This document shows, piece after piece, positions 57,858-64,000 of a stretch of DNA of 64,000 nucleotides. Position 1 is the stretch's first letter. Every line of letters starts with the position of its first letter. A program made the translations under genes and the position numbers. Origin of the DNA: an uncultured archaeon (GTDB taxonomy: Archaea > Thermoproteota > Nitrososphaeria > Nitrososphaerales > Gagatemarchaeaceae); contig CAWFOU010000007.1 of assembly GCA_963817525.1 (NCBI GenBank), positions 128,001 to 192,000 of the forward strand. The letters run 5' to 3'. The notes under the pieces are model-generated. The model was not told the origin of the DNA. It saw only the letters and a program-made list of their open reading frames with translations, and did not search any database.

Positions 57858-60743
57858 CTACGAAGTTATCGTGACATAGTAGAGGTCGGTCACGCCGCCC
57901 TTCAGCTGGAAGATGCCGACGTTGATGGCGCCCGCGCTGTCCTCCCAGACGTAGAGCGAGCCTCCCGCGCTCCCGGACCCATAGGTCTGGATGAGGTCGC
58001 TGACCTGGGAGAGGGCGCCGCTGACACCCACCTTCGCGAGGGAAACCGTCGCCGTGTTGATGAAGACGTTCGGGCTGACCGTCGTCGCGTTGACGATGCC
58101 CAGGTCCGAGGAGGCCGCTAGCTTCTCTATCCCCGCGAGGAGGGCTTGCGTGCTGCTCGCCCCGATGGAGGTGCTCGTCGTCGTGCTGCTTGATGACGAG
58201 GAGGTCGTGCTGTTGGTCGTCGATCCAGGAAGCCCCCCGTTCCCGTTGCCGGAGCTCGTGCTCGCCGTGCCCGCCTCCACCGCGAGGAGGTTGTAATATG
58301 CGGCGGACGCGTTGGCCCCCACCCCGACCTTGTCAGTCAGGGGGCTCACCGCGGTCATGAACGGGAGTTGCGTGACGACGCCCGACGTCCCGGGGTTGGT
58401 GTAAAAGGCGACGAAATACGTCAATGTTCCCCCGACGGAATACAAGAGATATGACCCGAAACGGCTGTTGGGCAAGAGCGTCTGCTCGGTCCTGACCTGC
58501 TGGTTTGTGGTAAGGGCGTTTTCAGCCGCGGCAGGGCCGATGATGGTCGTGGAGTTCGAGGGGTTCTGGTAGAGATAGATCTGGCCCAGCCTGGCGCCTC
58601 CGTAGGCGATATACATCCCCGCGAGGTTCTGGCTCGCGGCGTTCTTGTAGTGCACCAGCTGGGTGGCCGCGAAGTAGGTCTGGTTCCCCACGGCCCATGG
58701 GATGTACTGCACCGTTGTGTTAGTGGGCCTCTGGTAGAACTGGGAGCCCGACCGCCATATGAAGGGGTCGTCCACGTGGAACTGGAAGTCCACGTCTAGC
58801 TGCCCGGGGACGCTCTGCGTGCCCAGGAGCTGCTCCGGATACCTGAGCTGCGGTATCAGCCAGGCGGGCGGGCTCGACCAGTTGCTGTAGTAGGTCGAGT
58901 AGAACTGCGAGATGAAGTCCGAGGTGCTCGTGCCTACCAGGTTCGAGACGTTGTAGAACTGCATCTCGCCGTTGGCCACGTTGACGAGGGCCACCCCGAA
59001 GAACCTGAGGTAGGGGCTCGCCGCAAAGCCGGACTGGAGCGGGTAGTCGATGTAGATCTGGACGGCATAGTAGATGCTATGCCCGTCGGACACCAGGTAC
59101 GCCGAGGGGTCCTCGACGAGGCCCGGGATCAGGACGCTCTGGACCCTGTTGAAGACGTTCCTGTTCCAGAGCATCTGCATCGTGCTCCCGGAGAATGCAA
59201 AGCCGATCTGCCCCTCGGAGAAGGTCATCCACATGGACTTTTGCCAGCCTGTCAGGTTGTAGTCGGAGGGCCCGGAGTAAGAGGCGTTGCCTATCTCCTG
59301 GTAGCCTGGGACGTGGACGTAGACGTTGTTGTCAAAGCCGGAGCCCTGGCCGTAGTAGAGGGGCGGCGCTTCGGGGACCCCGTAGGCCTTCGTGACGGGG
59401 ATCTCGGAGCCGTTGTAGGTGTCGATTACCAGGATCTTGGCGGCGTGGGTGTAGATGAGGTGCTCGCTGATCCAGTCCGTGGCCGGGTAGGCGGGCGTGG
59501 TCGGCGAGACCCAGTACTCCGTGTTGTTGAGGTAGACTATCTCGGAGCTTCCCAGGGCCATCCAGTTGTAGGCCCCTATCGCCTTCGTGTTCGTGACGTT
59601 GGCGGCGGTCTGGTCCCACTGCCTGACCACGTCGAGGATGGTCGACGGGCTGCTGGTGGGGAGGGCGGTGATGTTCCCCTCGGTGATGTTCTGGATTCCT
59701 GCAGCCCACCTAGTCACGGTGATCTGCTTCTGGACACCGGGGTCGAACTGGTATGGGACGTAGTTGTTGTTCCAGTTGAAGTAGAGGAACGCGAGCGCCC
59801 CCACCTGGATGATCAGCATGAAGATGAGGACGACCCCGAGCGCCCTGTAGAGCCCTCGATTGGGGAGGATGGCCGCCCTGGGCCTTCCGAAGTAGGTGTA
59901 CCCGAAGAGTATCGAGGCGAGGACGACGATGGAGAGGCCGTAGAGGTAGGGGGTCGCCGCGGTCATGTACCAGTAGGGCGCGCTCAGGGTGATGGCGACG
60001 GAGACGGCCGCGGCGATGGCGAGGATGTTGCGTATCCAGACGTTGCTCGCCCGGGTGGTGAGGTTCTTCAGGAGGCGCAGTATCATCCTCAACACGAAGA
60101 CCGTCAGGACCGCGGAAACGGCGTAGTAGACCAGGTTGTACTGGACCTCCATCGTGGGCATCAGGCCAATCAGCTGGGTCCCCGACGGGGGGGAGAGCGG
60201 GAGAGCGAGGAGCCTCGGGACCTGCGCCCAGCTCCCGATCCCCTGGGTGAGCATCGCGACCGAGTTCATTATGGGGCCCAAGGTTGGGAAGCCGCCGTTG
60301 ATGACGAAGAACCCGAAGACCAGCGCCCACTTTGCGAACTGCCAAAGGCCCCAGACCCAGGCCCCCGGGTGGAGCTCGGCGAGCGGCCTCTGTATCTCGT
60401 CGCTGTATTGCGACGTCCTCCTCGTCAGCATCGTGACCAGTCCGCCGAGGTCGCTCTTCCCGACGCGGGGGTTGACCACCAGCAGCGCAAGAATCCCGCC
60501 GACGAGGAAGGTGTAGTCGTGGTAGAACGTGATGCCGAACCAGCTCAAATCGGACTTTGTGGAATAGACGTGCTGGGCGATGGACCAGTTCAGGTAAATC
60601 CACGCGGCAAAGAGAGCGACGACGACCGCGAATATCCCTATGACGACCCAGATGGCCCTAGGCCCGAACGAGATGGGATCTCGTGGCCGCTGCTCGTCCA
60701 GGGGGGGTCCGGCGTCCTGCAATCCGAGGAAGCCGAAATGCAC
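57858..60743 (-). CDS. UPF0182-family membrane protein
   Basis: Multiple N-terminal TMs; HLIYTH, LYYGQG, DPSAYLV, LRYPEQLL, FGSYLLY. Confidence 0.85.
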   Translation of the reverse strand: MHFGFLGLQDAGPPLDEQRPRDPISFGPRAIWVVIGIFAVVVALFAAWIYLNWSIAQHVYSTKSDLSWFGITFYHDYTFLVGGILALLVVNPRVGKSDLGGLVTMLTRRTSQYSDEIQRPLAELHPGAWVWGLWQFAKWALVFGFFVINGGFPTLGPIMNSVAMLTQGIGSWAQVPRLLALPLSPPSGTQLIGLMPTMEVQYNLVYYAVSAVLTVFVLRMILRLLKNLTTRASNVWIRNILAIAAAVSVAITLSAPYWYMTAATPYLYGLSIVVLASILFGYTYFGRPRAAILPNRGLYRALGVVLIFMLIIQVGALAFLYFNWNNNYVPYQFDPGVQKQITVTRWAAGIQNITEGNITALPTSSPSTILDVVRQWDQTAANVTNTKAIGAYNWMALGSSEIVYLNNTEYWVSPTTPAYPATDWISEHLIYTHAAKILVIDTYNGSEIPVTKAYGVPEAPPLYYGQGSGFDNNVYVHVPGYQEIGNASYSGPSDYNLTGWQKSMWMTFSEGQIGFAFSGSTMQMLWNRNVFNRVQSVLIPGLVEDPSAYLVSDGHSIYYAVQIYIDYPLQSGFAASPYLRFFGVALVNVANGEMQFYNVSNLVGTSTSDFISQFYSTYYSNWSSPPAWLIPQLRYPEQLLGTQSVPGQLDVDFQFHVDDPFIWRSGSQFYQRPTNTTVQYIPWAVGNQTYFAATQLVHYKNAASQNLAGMYIAYGGARLGQIYLYQNPSNSTTIIGPAAAENALTTNQQVRTEQTLLPNSRFGSYLLYSVGGTLTYFVAFYTNPGTSGVVTQLPFMTAVSPLTDKVGVGANASAAYYNLLAVEAGTASTSSGNGNGGLPGSTTNSTTSSSSSSTTTSTSIGASSTQALLAGIEKLAASSDLGIVNATTVSPNVFINTATVSLAKVGVSGALSQVSDLIQTYGSGSAGGSLYVWEDSAGAINVGIFQLKGGVTDLYYVTITS

Positions 60744-60784
60744 GGCGTTATACGCCTTGTGCGCCGCCTCGTTTCGGTTGGACG

Positions 60785-62308
60785 CTAGGCGGGGACGACT
60801 ATCCTCAGGAAGGAGGACTCGTAGGTCACCCCGTCCGTCGCCGTCAGGATCGCAGTGTAGGTCCCTGGCTTGAGAGCACCCAGCGCCGCGACGGTCACAG
60901 GGACCGTCGTCGTGCCGATGGGGACGGACGGGGGCAGCGAGGGGGCGCTGAAGGTGATGTTGGACGGCGTCGAGGTCAACCCCTCCGAGTCGGCGAAGCT
61001 CAGCGTGAGTCCTCCCTGGTAGGTGGTGTCGTGGACGACTAGGTCCACGGTGGCGCTCGAGCCCCTGTCAACGACCACGGTGGAGTTCCCCGCGATGGTC
61101 GTGTAGAAGCCAGGGGTGTAGGATGCGTCCGCGTACCCGAGGACGTTCCCGGTGAGCTCCGCGAACCACGCCCTCCCACCGCCCACGCCGAAGGTGAGGG
61201 CGTTCCCGATGGTGGACCCGTTCACCGGCTGTCCCGACTCCGAGTACTCTGTGAGCGAGCCGTTGCCCGGGTCGATCCTCGCCATCCTGTTCCCGTAGTG
61301 CTCGTTGACCCAGACTGAGGAGCCGTTGGCGTCGACGAAGTAGGGGAGGGTGGTCGGCGCCCAGGAGATGGGCGTGGTCGGGTAGTAGGACCAGGTCTTG
61401 GTGGTGAAGTTGTAGCTCCCCACGCTCGAAGAGCCGTGGAGGGCGACCCAGAGGGCCCCCGACCCGATGGAGAGACTGGAAGGGTCGGTCAGGTGCTGCC
61501 CCCCCAGGAGCTGGGGCGCGAAGCGGGTGGTGTTGAACGCGTAGACGCCTCCTCCCTGGGGCTCGCTGACGCCCACCGCGGAGTAGTAGCCGGAGGTGGA
61601 GTTCACGAAGACGATCTGCGAGGGCTCCGAGGCCGCGCCGCCAGGGAGGGGGTACTGGCGGATGCTCCCGTCCTGGCTCAAGGCGCCGAGCTCGCCCGTG
61701 AAGAGCTCCGTGAACCAGAGCGTGTCGTTCGGCCCCGGGGTCGCCGTGTAGGGGAAGCTGTCGTTGGTCGGTATCTTGACGGTGGTGACGTCCCCGGTCG
61801 AGGGGTCGAGGGCGACGAGCTGGTTCCCCGAGGTGTCGGTGGCCCAGACCTTTCCGTCCCAGAGGACGACACCCCACGTGCTGGTCCTCTGCCCGCAGAG
61901 CCCGCCAGGGCTGGGCGGGGCGGGATAGTCGAACGGCCACGCGTACTCCACCAGCGTAAGGTTGTTCGGGAAGAAGTGCGCCAGCCCCGCGACTGACTCC
62001 TCCGCGAACCAGACCGAGCCGTCTGGCGCGACGGTCGGCGAGCTCGGGGCCCTGATGGGCGTGGGAAGCGCGAACAGGGTCACCCCGCCGACCGTCGTGG
62101 GCGGGGCGAGTTGCGTGACGAGCATCTTCGCGCCCCCCAGTGGGTCGGAGCAGCTCGGGCCGGCGGGGGGCTCCCCGGATGGCTTGAGCACCTGGTAGAT
62201 GTAGAGACCGCTCGCGGAGGTGACCAGGATCAGGATGACGAGGGCGGCGACCAGGAGGATCCTCCCGGACCTGGGAGGCTTCTCGGATTCTTGGGACATA
62301 TTGGACAC
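60785..62308 (-). CDS. Membrane-anchored Vgb (streptogramin lyase)-like beta-propeller
   Basis: Repeats DGSVWFAE, TLWFTEL, VWVNEHYGNRMARID, AWFAELTGN. Confidence 0.8.
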   Translation of the reverse strand: MSNMSQESEKPPRSGRILLVAALVILILVTSASGLYIYQVLKPSGEPPAGPSCSDPLGGAKMLVTQLAPPTTVGGVTLFALPTPIRAPSSPTVAPDGSVWFAEESVAGLAHFFPNNLTLVEYAWPFDYPAPPSPGGLCGQRTSTWGVVLWDGKVWATDTSGNQLVALDPSTGDVTTVKIPTNDSFPYTATPGPNDTLWFTELFTGELGALSQDGSIRQYPLPGGAASEPSQIVFVNSTSGYYSAVGVSEPQGGGVYAFNTTRFAPQLLGGQHLTDPSSLSIGSGALWVALHGSSSVGSYNFTTKTWSYYPTTPISWAPTTLPYFVDANGSSVWVNEHYGNRMARIDPGNGSLTEYSESGQPVNGSTIGNALTFGVGGGRAWFAELTGNVLGYADASYTPGFYTTIAGNSTVVVDRGSSATVDLVVHDTTYQGGLTLSFADSEGLTSTPSNITFSAPSLPPSVPIGTTTVPVTVAALGALKPGTYTAILTATDGVTYESSFLRIVVPA

Positions 62309-62404
62309 GGGAAATCACTCCAGGCTCTAAGGCTGTCCCATCAGCTCTGGCCGGTCAGGGGCATCTGCGAAGGGCCTCGAGGCAGGCGCCCGGGTCGTCC
62401 AGGC

Positions 62405-62836
62405 CTAGCCACCCCACCGCTCTTTCTGGACTCGCCCCTTGATGTGGTTGATTATCTCCTCGAGTGATGTCCCCGGGCCGTAGAGTCCGGAGATGCCAAG
62501 CTTCAGGAGCTTGGGCTTGTCCTCGTCGGGGATGATGCCCCCGCCGGTGACTATGATGTCCTTGCCCCCGTACTTCTCCAGCAGCCTCTTCACCTGGGGG
62601 AAGGCGGTCATGTGCGCGCCGTTGAGGAGGGAGAGCGCGACCACGTCGACGTCCTCGTCGACGGCCATCCGCGCGACCTCCTCGGGGCTCGGGAGGAGAC
62701 CGATGTAGATCACCTCCATCCCGGCGTCCCTAAAGGCCCGGGCGAGCACGAGCACGCCCCTGTCGTGGCCGTCGAGGCCGGGCTTTGCGACCAGGATCCG
62801 GATCTTCCTCTTCTCCTGGGCGGTGCGCTGGCGCAT
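62405..62836 (-). CDS. Methylmalonyl-CoA mutase-type cobalamin-binding small subunit
   Basis: ILVAKPGLDGHDRG (DxHxxG), GGGIIP. Confidence 0.93.
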   Translation of the reverse strand: MRQRTAQEKRKIRILVAKPGLDGHDRGVLVLARAFRDAGMEVIYIGLLPSPEEVARMAVDEDVDVVALSLLNGAHMTAFPQVKRLLEKYGGKDIIVTGGGIIPDEDKPKLLKLGISGLYGPGTSLEEIINHIKGRVQKERWGG

Positions 62837-63415
62837 TGGGTCGCCGGCGGCCTGCCCATTAGAAAAACAATTCTGTGTCCGCTGGCTAACGCCGTTTGAT
62901 GTTGGCGGCTATCACATACAAGCTGGCGAGCGTCCATAGCTCCCCTCCAGAGGTCTCGGGGGAGCGCTTGGCGGAATGAAGAACTCGTTCTTTGGCGACG
63001 GGCATCAGGGCCCGAACCTGCTCTTCCAGCTCATCATCTATGCTTTCGCTGGACATTGTGCGCTCTGTCGAGGAGGTCATTTGCCCAGAGCCTGAACTTG
63101 GCTGGATCGGCCCTGATGGCCCTCAGGAACTCTATGTCCTCCTTGATCTCCTTGTCCGAAATCGCATCGATGTCTCGCTCGACTCGATTATCTCCTTGGG
63201 TCTCATAAACGCCACTCTGACTAGGCCAGCTGGGGCTCGCCGCGCATTGAACCGTCGTTGCCCACCGATGAAGAGTGTTCTGCGAGCCGCCACCCCGCGT
63301 GCTGGGATTCCCGGGCCAGCGCATGAAGAAGCGCCACTCAGGGAGAACTTTGATACCTAAGATTTAGTCGCTAAACACTTGATGCCCGCGGCGCTCCTCA
63401 TTCGACGCGAATCAG

Positions 63416-63586
63416 TTGGAAACGCTACAATACAGCTGTGGGACGTGCGGCCTGACCTTCACCTGGCACGAGGAGCTGGAAAGACACTATGTGGAGGCGC
63501 ATCTTGACATGAGCAACCGACCTAGGCACCTGAATCAGAGGGACCGGACTCGGGCTCAGCCCCGGCGAGGGCCCGCGGGCAGATAG
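63416..63586 (+). CDS. 56-aa classical C2H2 zinc-finger micro-protein
   Basis: YSCGTCGLTFTWHEELERHYVEAH (manual translation from TTG 63416). Confidence 0.7.
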   Translation: METLQYSCGTCGLTFTWHEELERHYVEAHLDMSNRPRHLNQRDRTRAQPRRGPAGR

Positions 63587-63641
63587 TGCGTCACCCTCAG
63601 AATACTCGCTTTAAGTAAGAAACGGTCGTGAGGGAGGGGCG

Positions 63642-64000
63642 ATGGCCGTAGACTACCTTTTCCTGGTTAGGCATGGGGAGACCAAGGCCAACGAAGAAGG
63701 CGTGGAGGCAGGCCCGCTGCGCTACCCCCTCGCCAAGAAGGGGCTCAAGGACGCGGAGTTCATCGCCAAGACTCTTTCTAGGATAGAGGTCAGCGCGGTC
63801 TACAGCAGTCCGATCTTTCGTGCAGTCGAAACGGCGAAGATTCTCGCTCGCCCGCACAGCTTGAAGGTCAAGACGCTCGAGGAATTGACCGAAGCGAAGT
63901 TCAAGCCCCGATTCGTCGGGAAGAAGGGAAGACACCACATTCTTACTGACCCCGAAGCGTTCTCGGAGACGAACGCCGACCTCCTAGCCCGGACGGCTAA
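63642..64000 (+). CDS. Histidine phosphatase (phosphoglycerate mutase) family, truncated by the window end
   Basis: LFLVRHGETKAN...VYSSPIFRAVETA. Confidence 0.9.
   Translation, partial: MAVDYLFLVRHGETKANEEGVEAGPLRYPLAKKGLKDAEFIAKTLSRIEVSAVYSSPIFRAVETAKILARPHSLKVKTLEELTEAKFKPRFVGKKGRHHILTDPEAFSETNADLLARTA

Overview
Archaeal, GC-rich sequence, most likely from a non-ammonia-oxidising Nitrososphaerota (Thaumarchaeota-like) lineage. This is inferred from TATA-box promoters, multi-intron BHB tRNAs, stand-alone C2H2 zinc-finger micro-proteins, HTH_45 regulators and a split methylmalonyl-CoA mutase. A two-intron tRNA-Lys(TTT) at 3131-3243 anchors a ~29 kb accessory region. It begins with a ~15 kb decaying integrative element (attR 18139-18151, frameshifted tyrosine integrase). 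That element carries a PIN/HEPN-like protein, a proteasome-beta/HEPN-like fusion, a DUF4420-like nuclease, two convergent wHTH+RelE-like pairs, an IS110 and three periodic repeat arrays. Seven further small gene modules follow (18.2-31.9 kb). Each ends in a same-orientation copy of the tRNA 3' end preceded by one of two conserved motifs: an 11-6-11 dif-like palindrome or a ~35 bp imperfect hairpin. This looks like an integron-like, tRNA-anchored cassette array and is the main candidate for an undescribed system. The rest is mostly host genes (CorA, MsrB, Tat-exported PaoABC-like molybdoenzyme, transporters, MMPL, PRPP synthetase-like, UPF0182, Vgb-like), plus a three-intron tRNA-Asp(GTC) followed by hicBA. 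All family calls are from motif recognition by eye; no database search was run.
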